Shown: in pieces, positions 41,288 to 51,524 of the stretch | Numbering within the stretch: position 1 is the stretch's first letter | Layout: each line of letters opens with the position of its first letter | Assembly (NCBI GenBank): GCA_051439425.1 | Contig: JBFRWD010000110.1 | Location: forward strand, 28,601-92,600 | From: Synechococcus sp. | Lineage (GTDB): Bacteria > Cyanobacteriota > Cyanobacteriia > Thermostichales > PCC-7336 | Reading direction: 5' to 3' | Length of the DNA: 64,000 nucleotides | Program-made: the position numbers and the translations under genes | The notes under the pieces: generated by a model | Database searches by the model: none | Seen by the model: the letters and a program-made list of their open reading frames with translations, nothing else | Told to the model about the DNA's origin: nothing

Positions 41288-41333
41288 CTACTCAAGCCTC
41301 ACTCGAGGAAGTGATTGGGTGAGGCTTGAGTAG
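41288..41333. repeat. Long inverted repeat / stem-loop
   Basis: CTACTCAAGCCTCAC pairs perfectly (15 bp) with GTGAGGCTTGAGTAG. Confidence 0.8.
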
Positions 41334-41428
41334 AACTTTAAACGTATGTCAATTTCGGCGTATCGCCTGTTACCAGACACACCGAACGTGCGAGGTTCAA
41401 TAGTGCCGAAATAGCGAACCACCACTTG

Positions 41429-41716
41429 CTAGAGGGGAGTGCTCGAGGTCCCCAATGTGTCTAAATTATTGGGAATGGGCTGAGGAGCGAAATTATCAGG
41501 TAAATCCTCAACTGTTACCCCTAAACTCCGGCAAAGAGCTTTCACTTGAATGAGAGACAGCTTTGGAGTTGCTCGACCTGTCTCCCAGCGCATAATTGTC
41601 GTTCTAGATACTCCCAATAGTCGGGCCAAATCTTGCTGGTTCAATCCGGCCCGTTTCCTAAGCAACATAAGAGGAGACTGAACTTTATCGATCATAATAA
41701 CCATGCCGCGATACAT
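41429..41716 (-). CDS. XRE-family helix-turn-helix regulator
   Basis: LRKRAGLNQQDLARLLGVSRTTIMRWETGRATP; start uncertain. Confidence 0.9.
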   Translation of the reverse strand: MYRGMVIMIDKVQSPLMLLRKRAGLNQQDLARLLGVSRTTIMRWETGRATPKLSLIQVKALCRSLGVTVEDLPDNFAPQPIPNNLDTLGTSSTPL

Positions 41717-42229
41717 ACAAGACTCATAACGCTACTCTTACGTATGATTTTGTTTACGTTTGAGCGAGCAGTTATTGGATAGGAACATTACAGAAATTCA
41801 GTGTGACACGTTCATTTAGAATATGCCCGCAGAACATGTGTCTTTTGGCTACCGAAAAACCCCGTATAAGCACCAATTATCGCTCTTGCAAATGATGTGT
41901 TCGAGTCCGTCCGTAGCCTCTGGAACCTGTAGAGCGTCGTGCTTTACCCTTCCCCATTGGACGGTTCGCGATGACATCCACCCGCGTAGCTATTTTCACG
42001 AGGATGAAAATACGGACATCTGACAGTTCTTGTGGAGATGGTTTGCGAAAAGTAAGGGTTAAACTGACCGGTTGCTATTGTCAATTTTCTTGTCTTAAGC
42101 AGTCCCATTGCGAACATCTCGATCTTGACACAGAGTACCGGCACTCATCTGATGCTGAGAGACAAAAGATGCGAGAGGCCGTGGTCAACGTAATAGAGTG
42201 AGGATACCGACTTTATTGCCGTAGCCTCC

Positions 42230-43807
42230 ATGACAGCTGTTTCTTCGCAACCGTTCACAACAACACCTATCTCCTCTTCGATTTACGATGCGATCGTGAT
42301 CGGTTCTGGAATTGGCGGCCTAACAACAGCAACCCAGCTTGCAGCCAAAGGGTTTTCGGTGTTGGTGTTGGAAAAATATTTGATTCCGGGGGGAAGTGCT
42401 GGGTATTTCGAGCGATCGGTGGAGGGCGGTACTTACCGGTTTGATGTAGGAGCCTCAATGATATTTGGCTTCGGAGAGAAGGGCACAACGAATTTACTCA
42501 CCCGAGCACTGGCAGCAGTCGATCGCCAGATCGACACGATTCCAGATCCGGTTCAAATTGCCTATCATCTCCCCAATGGTTTGGAGCCCAAAGTTCACCG
42601 CGATTACGACGCGTTTATTCAAGAGCTGTCTGAGTATTTCCCTGAGGAACGGGATGGCATTCGCAAGTTTTACGACGAAGCCTGGCGAGTGTTCAACTAT
42701 CTCAACTCGATGGAGCTACTCTCCTTAGAGGAATTGGGGTATTTGCTGCGGGTGTTTGGCCAAGCCCCCCTGAGTTGTTTGGGATTAGCGCGGTATTTGC
42801 CGGTGAATGTGGGGCAGGTGGCCCGTAAATACATTACAAACGAGCAATTACTGAAGTTCATCGATATGGAATGCTACTGCTGGTCAGTGGTGCCGGCAGA
42901 ACGGACTCCCATGATTAATGCAGGGATGGTGTTTAGCGATCGCCACTATGGCGGCATCAACTATCCCAAAGGAGGGGTCGGTAAAATCGCCGAGGTCATG
43001 GTGGAAGGATTCGAGGAGAAGGGGGGAGAAATTCGGTATGGAGCCCGTGTTACAAAAATTTTACGAGAGGGGCGCAAGGCCGTTGGGGTAAAGCTAGCGA
43101 ATGGCGATGAGGTTCGAGCGCGCCGAGTTATTTCAAATGCCACCCACTGGGATACGTTCGAGAAATTACTCCCTGCAGAAGAATTGCCCGGAAAAGAGCG
43201 CAGTTGGCAGCAGCGCTACGAACAGTCTCCCAGTTTTTTAAGTTTGCATTTGGGGGTAGAGGCAGGAGCCATTGGAGACGAGCCCGACTGTCACCACATC
43301 CTGTTGGAGGATTGGCAGCGGATGGAGGCAGAACAGGGCACCATATTTGTGTCAATTCCCACACTGTTAGACCCCAATCTGGCTCCCCCCAATCGTCATA
43401 TCATCCACACCTTCACCCCCAGCAGCATGTGCAGTTGGGAAGGACTAACCCCCAGCGAGTACAAGGCGAAGAAAGACCAAGATGCCATGTCGCTGGTAAA
43501 GCGGTTAGAGGCCATTTGGCCGGGGTTGAGCGATCGCATTGAGTTAATGGAAGTCGGTACTCCACGCACCCACCGCAAGTTTTTAGGGCGCATCAATGGT
43601 AGCTACGGCCCCATTCCCAGCAAAACACCCTGGGGGCTCCTGGGGGTTCCCTTCAATCGCACGTCGGTTCCTAACCTCTATTGTGTTGGCGATAGCACCT
43701 TCCCAGGCCAGGGGTTGAATGCGGTGGCATTCTCTGGTTTTGCCTGTGCACATCGCGTTGCTGTCGATTTGGGGAAACCGCAACAGGTCAGCCGCTCGGA
43801 GAAATAG
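42230..43807 (+). CDS. crtH: Carotenoid isomerase
   Basis: IGSGIGG FAD motif, FDVGASMIFGFG..GTTNLLTRAL, FSDRHYGGINYPKGG and GDSTFPGQGLNAVAFSG. Confidence 0.94.
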   Translation: MTAVSSQPFTTTPISSSIYDAIVIGSGIGGLTTATQLAAKGFSVLVLEKYLIPGGSAGYFERSVEGGTYRFDVGASMIFGFGEKGTTNLLTRALAAVDRQIDTIPDPVQIAYHLPNGLEPKVHRDYDAFIQELSEYFPEERDGIRKFYDEAWRVFNYLNSMELLSLEELGYLLRVFGQAPLSCLGLARYLPVNVGQVARKYITNEQLLKFIDMECYCWSVVPAERTPMINAGMVFSDRHYGGINYPKGGVGKIAEVMVEGFEEKGGEIRYGARVTKILREGRKAVGVKLANGDEVRARRVISNATHWDTFEKLLPAEELPGKERSWQQRYEQSPSFLSLHLGVEAGAIGDEPDCHHILLEDWQRMEAEQGTIFVSIPTLLDPNLAPPNRHIIHTFTPSSMCSWEGLTPSEYKAKKDQDAMSLVKRLEAIWPGLSDRIELMEVGTPRTHRKFLGRINGSYGPIPSKTPWGLLGVPFNRTSVPNLYCVGDSTFPGQGLNAVAFSGFACAHRVAVDLGKPQQVSRSEK

Positions 43808-43833
43808 ACCTGACTCAGAGCCTCTATGTAGAG

Positions 43834-44130
43834 CTAGTGCTCGCTGTTGTTATGCTTATCCACTGCTAGACAGGTAATGGCTCCGCCAGTGGCGATCGCG
43901 GCGAGTGGGACGGCTTCAGTCATCTTGAATGTTCCGGCTGGTACCAAGGAAATAAGCAGAGCTGCAGCTCCTAGCAATATTGTGGCTGGCTTCCTCAACG
44001 AGTCTTGGGCGCGAGAAGAGGTATGCGTGCAGGTCACACTGGGATGGTGGCTGTTGATGTGGCTGTTGATGTAGCTAGTGCAGGAGATGTCGCTCGTGCA
44101 GGGACTGGGGCGGAAAACTGTGGTCATGTT
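43834..44130 (-). CDS. Possible small membrane protein
   Basis: Two hydrophobic segments near the C-terminus and a low-complexity N-terminus; no recognised family and start uncertain. Confidence 0.35.
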   Translation of the reverse strand, partial: NMTTVFRPSPCTSDISCTSYINSHINSHHPSVTCTHTSSRAQDSLRKPATILLGAAALLISLVPAGTFKMTEAVPLAAIATGGAITCLAVDKHNNSEH

Positions 44131-44902
44131 CGGCGGTGCCTCTGAACTCGGCGTGCGACTCCTCAACTAGTTCTATTGAAGTCAATACGAGAGGTGGAAC
44201 GCAAAGGGCTTACAGTAGAGCTGAGGGCGGTTAGTACCTAGGGATAGTGCTTGATTCAGCGATCTAGGAGATTGTTGTGCTATGTGTGTGGGGGGGGGGG
44301 ATCGTTGGTCTCTACTGATGTACCCATTTGGGGCCTGCATTGCTTGTTGAACTGTGGGCAACAGACCCATTCAGAACGGCTTAGGTGAGAGGGAAAATAG
44401 TTTATGCGAATTATATTCTTCGAGCGAAGCTGCTTTAGGACAAATTATTAAGCCCGTCTCAACACCTTGTATATGTATGTGTTTATCTTTCGATTAATTA
44501 TCAGCCAGTCAGTAGCCCTTAAATCGATCTAAGAGACGATTGAAAACACTTTTCCTCCGTAGGTAACGAGATTTTTCCCTTGACAGATTCTTGATGTCGA
44601 TATGGACGATAGATGGTGTGGTGAATGTTAGGTTGAGAGAAGGTTTTCCTCATGCTCCAAAAACAAGCATTTTTTTGTATGCTCAACCTGCCTCTATTAT
44701 TTAACGAACTCTGAGCTGCATGAAAACTTGAGTTGAGTTCACTCTTATTCTCAACTTCTACAGCATGGGGGTTAGGGCCTAATCTCAGATTCGCTTCAGC
44801 ATTCGTATTTTTGAAGCATCTCCTGCCACTATGTCATGTGACATGAAATAGCCGTGAATCGACTTCCCTGAACCATTCGCCTATAGATACTGTCTAGCCA
44901 CA

Positions 44903-45913
44903 ATGAATAGCAGAGACGCCACTAATTACCTAAAGGGGTTTGCCATTCTGGCGGTCGTAGCAAACCACTTTACGAATTCGTATGTTACAGATTCAATGGG
45001 CGGATATGCCAACAGTCTGATTTCAATATTTTTTACATTAAGTGGATACGGAATTTACCATTCCCTGATCGAACAAGTTGATCGCCCTGCCCGAGAGATC
45101 TTTGTCTCATTCATGACAAGGAGGCTGACGCGTATCTACCCTCTGTACTGGATAGCTTACCTATTGAAAGGCTCTCCCGATGGCATATTAGGATTTTGGG
45201 CTCTTGACTTTACGGATCCCGAAAGAATGTGGTTTGTGCCTGCGATTGTACAGTGTTACTTGGTTGCACCATTCCTCTTTCTTCTTGTCAAGCGGACATC
45301 TTACAAGCTGAATATCCCAATTATGCTAGGAAGTTTGTTGGTGTTAAACATGACGTTGAATGGGTTGGAGGTGGCACCAGTTAGAACACTGGCCTTTCAA
45401 GGAATATTCTTTCTACATATTCTGCAATTCCACTTAGGGCTTGTTGTTGCCAAGCTAGAACGTTATCTTGCCTTGAACAAATATATATTTGGGATAAGCT
45501 TTCTTTTGATTTTGGGTTGCGTCCATGAAACAACTCCACACGCTACACTCCATTTCCTAGGAAGTGACTATCTATTCCCGTTACTGCTCTCAATCGCAAC
45601 TGTTGCTATGTTTGCATCCCTTCTCAGGAGTAGTGTAATATTGCCGTTGCAAAAGACTATTGCCTTTATCGGAATTTACTCATACTCAATATATCTTTTT
45701 CATGGCATTCAATTTCGAATTCTGTTAGCTCTGGGGGTCCTCCACAAAGGAGGAAGCCACTGGTTAGGGATTCTTGTGTCGCTTCTCACATTGCCATTTT
45801 TTATTCTGGTCTATGCGGCATTTGAAACAGTTGTAAACGAATTAATTTTTGGCAATCGAGATTTCAGGCGAGCTTTTGGTGTCTTTAAACAACGATTGCT
45901 GCCTGCAACCTAG
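44903..45913 (+). CDS. Acyltransferase family 3 (OafA-like) membrane protein
   Basis: LKGFAILAVVANH, FFTLSGY, RRLTRIYPLY and IGIYSYSIYLFH; AT-rich. Confidence 0.88.
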   Translation: MNSRDATNYLKGFAILAVVANHFTNSYVTDSMGGYANSLISIFFTLSGYGIYHSLIEQVDRPAREIFVSFMTRRLTRIYPLYWIAYLLKGSPDGILGFWALDFTDPERMWFVPAIVQCYLVAPFLFLLVKRTSYKLNIPIMLGSLLVLNMTLNGLEVAPVRTLAFQGIFFLHILQFHLGLVVAKLERYLALNKYIFGISFLLILGCVHETTPHATLHFLGSDYLFPLLLSIATVAMFASLLRSSVILPLQKTIAFIGIYSYSIYLFHGIQFRILLALGVLHKGGSHWLGILVSLLTLPFFILVYAAFETVVNELIFGNRDFRRAFGVFKQRLLPAT

Positions 45914-46394
45914 CCGAATCATTGAAACGTTTTAATGCATTAATGCAGAACTGATTTCAAGGGGCAGGGGAGATGCACATGCGACGTCGATTGCGTTCAA
46001 AACGATTTCAAATGCCTTGGAATATAGCAATTACACCTCATAGTGGAGAAGAAGTATCGATCGAACTTTTGTATAGCTGGGCTTTCGGCGAGCGCGATTC
46101 TCTAAAATCAGTGGTATTTGCTACAGGCTCTAGCTCAATAGAATGTAAATTGAGTTCCCAGTTCAAATTGGGTTCCCAGCTCGTCAGGGCAAATGCTGTT
46201 TGAAATCGGTTTGAGGGTCGCAACTGTGAAGATATGGCTGTTTCAGTTGACTCAGAAGTGTTTCTACACCAAAGTGCACTAGGGATTCCCCACCTCAAAG
46301 CCCCCTAGATTCTGGGCTATCATACGTGCTAACAGTCTCTACACGAGGCGATCGCACGCTAGTATGTCGCCCCAGCATTTTCGGAGAATATTGT

Positions 46395-46775
46395 ATGCAA
46401 CCCAACGGTCCCAAGACGTATTCATTCGCCCTTGGCGGGTGGGGATTTTTGATTGGCCTAGTGGCGTTTGGAATGCTTCTGAGCTCTGTGGGCCTTGGGT
46501 GGGTCGTGTCTGCCCTGATCGGTCTTCTGGTATTTTTCCTATCACTACCGATCTTGGTGATGCTGGGATTCCGCTGGTGGCTACGCCGAACCATAGCCTC
46601 AGATACCTGCCCGGTCTGCAACTTTGAATCGGAAGCGATCGAAGGGAGTCGGTTTAGCTGTCCTAGCTGTGGTGAGCCTCTATATGTGGCCGATGGCCGG
46701 TTCCATCGCCACTCGTCGTCTGATGTGGTTGAAGTGGCTTACGAGGTCGACTATGTCGATGAAGGTGATTATTAA
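46395..46775 (+). CDS. Membrane protein with a zinc-ribbon motif
   Basis: Two TM helices followed by CPVC...CPSCGEPL. Confidence 0.75.
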   Translation: MQPNGPKTYSFALGGWGFLIGLVAFGMLLSSVGLGWVVSALIGLLVFFLSLPILVMLGFRWWLRRTIASDTCPVCNFESEAIEGSRFSCPSCGEPLYVADGRFHRHSSSDVVEVAYEVDYVDEGDY

Positions 46776-47228
46776 CGGTTGTGGGTATGGCACGCTAAAT
46801 AGCTGAAATGTAGGAACGTCGCGATTGGCGAGCAATATTAATAGATCCGGATAACGCTGGAGAATCTGTCATACCCCGTTAAGATATTCAGCCAGCTTTA
46901 ATGCTGAGATTTTGGACCAAATTAATTTTAACGGTCAAGAATTTGCCCCTAAAGGATATACCAAGACGTTGTTTCAACAGTACGTAGATCCAGAAGTTGT
47001 TGGGCGATCTAGAAAACTTGTAGCAACAAGTGGGGGTATTACTCAAAAGTTTGCAGCCAGACGCGATCTCCAGCAATTTCTTTCTGATTAGCTCTCTTTC
47101 TCCTCGCAACCACCGTTAATCATTCCAATCAACCGCCAGCGGAGAATTTTCCGTAGAACACCTATCAGCGGCATTCAACGGAAATGAATCTTTAAGTAAA
47201 AAAACACCGGGAATTGGAGCGCACCACA

Positions 47229-48185
47229 GTGAGAACTCTTCAATACAGCAATGGCGATCGCATGCCCATTCTGGGACTAGGAACCTGGAAATCTGCGCCG
47301 GGGGATGTGTACGAGGCAGTAAAAACAGCGATCTCCCTTGGTTATCGACATATTGATTGCGCTCACATCTACGGCAACGAGGCAGAAATTGGACTGGCTT
47401 TGTCGGAAGCAATCGCTTCTGAGGGCGTTACCCGAGAAGAGCTGTGGATTACGTCCAAATTATGGAATGACTCCCACGCCCCCACAGATGTCCGACCCGC
47501 ATTAGAGACTACCCTGTCTAACTTGAAGCTAGACTACGTCGATCTATACCTGATTCACTGGCCTGTCGCGCTAACAAAAGGCGCTGGTTTTCCTCTCACT
47601 CCCGAAAAGCTCATCTCCCTCAATACACTGCCAATTACAGATACATGGACTGCCATGGAATCGCTGGTTGATGATGGCTCGTGCCGGCACATTGGTGTTT
47701 CGAATTTCAGCATTCCCAAACTACAACAACTGCTGAATATGGCTCGGCTCAAACCCGAAATGAACCAAATTGAATTGCATCCTTACTTGCAGCAATCACC
47801 CATGATGGAGTTTTGCCAGCGGAATTCTATCCACCTAACCGCCTACTCTCCCCTTGGCTCTCGCGATCGCCCCGACAGCTTAAAAGCTGACAGCGAACCC
47901 ATACTGCTTGAGGATGACGCGATTGTTTCCATTGCCCAAGAACACGGAGTCACTCCGGCTCAAGTCTTGATTGCCTGGGCGATTCATCGCGGAACCGCCG
48001 TTATCCCAAAATCCGTCAATCCCGCTCGCATTGCACAAAACCTAGCGGCAGCAGAGATCTCGTTGAATGCGGAAGATATGGACGCGATTGCCTCCCTCAA
48101 TCGCAATCGCCGCTATGTGGATGGGACCTTCTGGGAAGTAGAAGGTGGCCCTTATACCGCGGCAAATATTTGGGATGCTGTTTGA
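47229..48185 (+). CDS. Aldo/keto reductase
   Basis: MPILGLGTWK, GYRHIDCAHIYGNE, TSKLWN, YLIHWP, IGVSNF and IPKSVNPARI; GTG start at 47229. Confidence 0.94.
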   Translation: MRTLQYSNGDRMPILGLGTWKSAPGDVYEAVKTAISLGYRHIDCAHIYGNEAEIGLALSEAIASEGVTREELWITSKLWNDSHAPTDVRPALETTLSNLKLDYVDLYLIHWPVALTKGAGFPLTPEKLISLNTLPITDTWTAMESLVDDGSCRHIGVSNFSIPKLQQLLNMARLKPEMNQIELHPYLQQSPMMEFCQRNSIHLTAYSPLGSRDRPDSLKADSEPILLEDDAIVSIAQEHGVTPAQVLIAWAIHRGTAVIPKSVNPARIAQNLAAAEISLNAEDMDAIASLNRNRRYVDGTFWEVEGGPYTAANIWDAV

Positions 48186-48522
48186 AACACGCAATCACTC
48201 GAACTCGATTGGCTCGGCCGTAAACCAGTGTTGGGGCAGTATCTGCCAGTCTCGTGCAGGCAGTCAGAAAACCCTGTAGGGGTTCACCCATAACGATAAC
48301 TGGCCCATCCTTTTCAGTAGGCATACGGTGCCGGGGGCATGTGAAACAACTTTTGATTTTTTGGAAAGCTCTTTTCAGACACCAGTGCTAAATGAAGGGG
48401 TCTGATAAAGTGGTGAAATCTTAAATCTTGTCTTTGCATGTTGTCAGTAGTCGTGCCCATTCCAGGCTAACTGTCAACCTAGTTGATGTTGAGTTGCAAG
48501 CTCCTCACACTGGCTCCATATT

Positions 48523-50055
48523 GTGATTGAAGTCGAAGTTCACCAACATTTGCGCCGGTTGCTGCGTCAGCAGCGATCGCCATCTGGTGGTGGCGAGACT
48601 GGCTGGCCCCATCAATTGACGATGGCACGCTTGGTGGCGCGAGGATTACGCCTGCAGCGACATGCCCTAATTCAGGTGCCAGCGGGAGATGCTCATCAAG
48701 TGAGTTATCTTCTACCGGCATTGATGTGGCCAGGAGCGACGATCGTCTGTGCCCCTCAAGACGTGCAATCGCGGCTAGTCTACGGCAGCGTTCCCCAATT
48801 GCAGGCCGCTCTCGATTTGCGAAAGCCAGTACTGCAAGCAGATCGCTTTCCAGCAGGGTTTGATGGGGTTCTAGTGGTCGATCCGCTGGTTTGGTTACGC
48901 GATCGACTGGGGCGTGAACTGGGGGAGATCGCTAAATTTCCTGTAAACGTGCCGCTAATTGTCGATCGGGCTGAAGAGATTGAGCGGCTGGCTCAACAGG
49001 CGTTGACGGTAACGCTTACCGGAGATGATTGGCATCGTCTGGAACTCGCACTCCCCCAATTAGCGACGCAATTGCGAGATGTCCGCGTAGCATTGACGAG
49101 TAAGTTCAGCCGTCGCCCCCTCGACCGGTTTTTACTGCATTCAGACGAACAGTCGCTGCTAGACAGTGCGATCGATCTTGCCTTAGAACTAACGTCTCAG
49201 TTGCCCGGCCCCTGGGGACGGCTGCAAGCGTATCGAGAACAAGCAGATTGGGTTCTGTGGGCGGAACGGCAGACGGAATGGCAGGAATGCTCGATTCACT
49301 TTAGTCCCGTGAAATTGGCGTCTTTATTGGCCGAGAAGCTGTGGTCGACGCAAGCGGTGGTAATGATCGGAGAGGCTCTCGATATTGACCGCGAAGCAAC
49401 GTCCTACCGCCAACGAATGGGGTTGCCCGATCTGACAGCTTTACGATTTCTGCCCGATCGCCAGGAACGGGTGGTGAATCTACATACCCCTACACCATTT
49501 CCCGCCCCCAACAATCCACAATTTCGTGATCGCCTTCTACCTGCACTCAAGCAGTTGGTGGCTAGTACCACTACGGGGCCAGCCGTTATTCTGGTGTCCG
49601 ATCGCCCCCTACTAGCCCAAGTGGGGACGGCACTAGCGGCTGAGTTTGGCTCGCGGGTGCGTGTGAACGACAGCTACGAAGCGGAACGCGGTGTGCTGGT
49701 GTGTGACTGGCAGTACTGGCTCTGTCACAAGACTCAGTTGGCAATGCCTGCTTTATTGGCGATCGCAACCTTACCATTTCCGTCAGTGGAAGATCCGCTG
49801 GTGGCAGGTCGGGTCAGTTATCTCAAGCAATTACGCCAAGATTGGTTCCGAGATTATTTGCTACCGATTGCTGCGAGTCATCTTCAGCGGGCAATGTCTC
49901 CGTTGCGCGGTACAGATGGCTTGGTGGCTATTTTCGATATTCGGGCGATTGCTCGCAGCTATGGCAAGCAGTTGTTGGAAAGCTTGACCCCGACGCAGAT
50001 GGTGGCAGAGCGAGATGTTCAGGAGTATTTGGCTGGCCAGAAAGCAGAGGCTTGA
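48523..50055 (+). CDS. DinG/YoaA-like protein with a helicase C-terminal domain (ATPase motifs degenerate)
   Basis: WPHQLTMARLV Q-motif region, SYLLPAL, TLPFPSVEDPLV and IFDIR...SYGKQLLESL. Confidence 0.8.
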   Translation: MIEVEVHQHLRRLLRQQRSPSGGGETGWPHQLTMARLVARGLRLQRHALIQVPAGDAHQVSYLLPALMWPGATIVCAPQDVQSRLVYGSVPQLQAALDLRKPVLQADRFPAGFDGVLVVDPLVWLRDRLGRELGEIAKFPVNVPLIVDRAEEIERLAQQALTVTLTGDDWHRLELALPQLATQLRDVRVALTSKFSRRPLDRFLLHSDEQSLLDSAIDLALELTSQLPGPWGRLQAYREQADWVLWAERQTEWQECSIHFSPVKLASLLAEKLWSTQAVVMIGEALDIDREATSYRQRMGLPDLTALRFLPDRQERVVNLHTPTPFPAPNNPQFRDRLLPALKQLVASTTTGPAVILVSDRPLLAQVGTALAAEFGSRVRVNDSYEAERGVLVCDWQYWLCHKTQLAMPALLAIATLPFPSVEDPLVAGRVSYLKQLRQDWFRDYLLPIAASHLQRAMSPLRGTDGLVAIFDIRAIARSYGKQLLESLTPTQMVAERDVQEYLAGQKAEA

Positions 50056-50095
50056 GGCTGACACTGAATCGCTGTCATACCTCAATCGCTTTCTA

Positions 50096-50189
50096 TATAG
50101 TATTTGCCACTTCAGTTAGGACAGAGGTTCCAATCGCAGTCAGGTCTAGACATCGCTGGAATATCCGCAGTGGTATGGCCACTGCCACA
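50096..50189 (+). repeat. ~95-bp dispersed MITE-like repeat, copy C
   Basis: TATAGTATTTGCCACTTCAGTTAGGAC...TTCCAATCGCAGTCAGG...ATATCCGCAGTGGTATGGCCACTGCCACA. Confidence 0.85.
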
Positions 50190-50227
50190 ACAGACAGTAA
50201 GGGTCAACCTAACGCAGTACGGCAGGT

Positions 50228-51151
50228 TTAATTGGCACTTGCGTCAGACAGTTCACGTTCTTCGCGATTATCTAGCCCTTCCCGATTCTTTAACAGTGGA
50301 AAACCCAACTCCTCCCGTTGCGCTAAATAGGCTCTTGCCACCTTGCGGGCCATCGATCGCACTCGATCGATATAGCGATTGCGTTCGGTCACCGAGATAG
50401 AACCGCGCGCATCGAGAAGGTTGAAGGTGTGGGAGCACTTGAGGACATATTCGTGGCTGGGAAGAACCAATCCCAACTCCAGCAACTTCAAGGCTTCTTG
50501 TTCGTACAGGCCAAAGAGTTGAAATAGGGTTTCGGGGGTGGAGGCTTCGAAATTGTAATGGCACTGCTCGATTTCCCCCTGCAGGTGAACGTCACCGTAG
50601 GTGAGGCTATCGCTCCACTGAATTTTGGCGATCGCATCCACGTTTTGCAGGTACATCGCCAGTCTTTCTAGACCGTAAGTAATTTCGATCGACACCGGCT
50701 TGCAGTCAATACCCCCACATTGCTGAAAATAGGTAAATTGGGTGATTTCCATACCATCCAGCCACACTTCCCAGCCCAACCCCCAGGCTCCAACAGCGGC
50801 GTCTTCCCAGTTGTCTTCCACAAATCGAATATCGTGCTCTTCCGGCTGAATTCCGAGCGCTCGCAGTGAGCCCAAGTAAATATCTTGGATGTTGTCGGGG
50901 GAAGGCTTGATCAGCACCTGAAATTGATAATAGTGCTGGAAGCGATTGGGGTTCTCGCCATAGCGTCCATCTGAGGGGCGGCGACAGGGCTCGACATAGG
51001 CTATGGCCCAGGGTTCAGGGCCAATTGCTCGTAAAAAGGTATGAGGGCTCTTGGTGCCAGCCCCAGTTTCCGTGTCGTAAGGTTGAGCAATCAAACAGCC
51101 GCGATCGCCCCAAAATGTCTGTAGCGTCGCAATCGTCTGCTGAAAATTCAC
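50228..51151 (-). CDS. glyQ: Glycine--tRNA ligase alpha subunit
   Basis: [35 protein letters not shown] and EITYGLERL. Confidence 0.98.
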   Translation of the reverse strand: MNFQQTIATLQTFWGDRGCLIAQPYDTETGAGTKSPHTFLRAIGPEPWAIAYVEPCRRPSDGRYGENPNRFQHYYQFQVLIKPSPDNIQDIYLGSLRALGIQPEEHDIRFVEDNWEDAAVGAWGLGWEVWLDGMEITQFTYFQQCGGIDCKPVSIEITYGLERLAMYLQNVDAIAKIQWSDSLTYGDVHLQGEIEQCHYNFEASTPETLFQLFGLYEQEALKLLELGLVLPSHEYVLKCSHTFNLLDARGSISVTERNRYIDRVRSMARKVARAYLAQREELGFPLLKNREGLDNREERELSDASAN

Positions 51152-51524
51152 CGTAACTCTCCCAAACTTCAGTGCCTAAAGCGTCTATATCGATGGTTCG
51201 AACGGGATTTAGACCTTCATTAACCTATCCCACAACAGCACCGAACAACCCACCTGTCTTAAGTCACATTTACTTAAGATGCGAATAGTCATCTTGCAGC
51301 AATACGACCTTCAGGCAAACTGTGTTGCTGGGCATATCATTAGCCTGTTTTTGATAATGCCAAGGGCTCGCTAAGCTAGTACCGATACGCTTGACTATAG
51401 GAACTGTTGGGTAAGGGGGCGAACTCATACCGCTTCCGAGTTCTGTAGAATAAAGCCAACGCTTGCATACAGCTCACACAAGATGCTGTCGCCCGCATGA
51501 ACGTACGAGGATTATTGCCGAACC

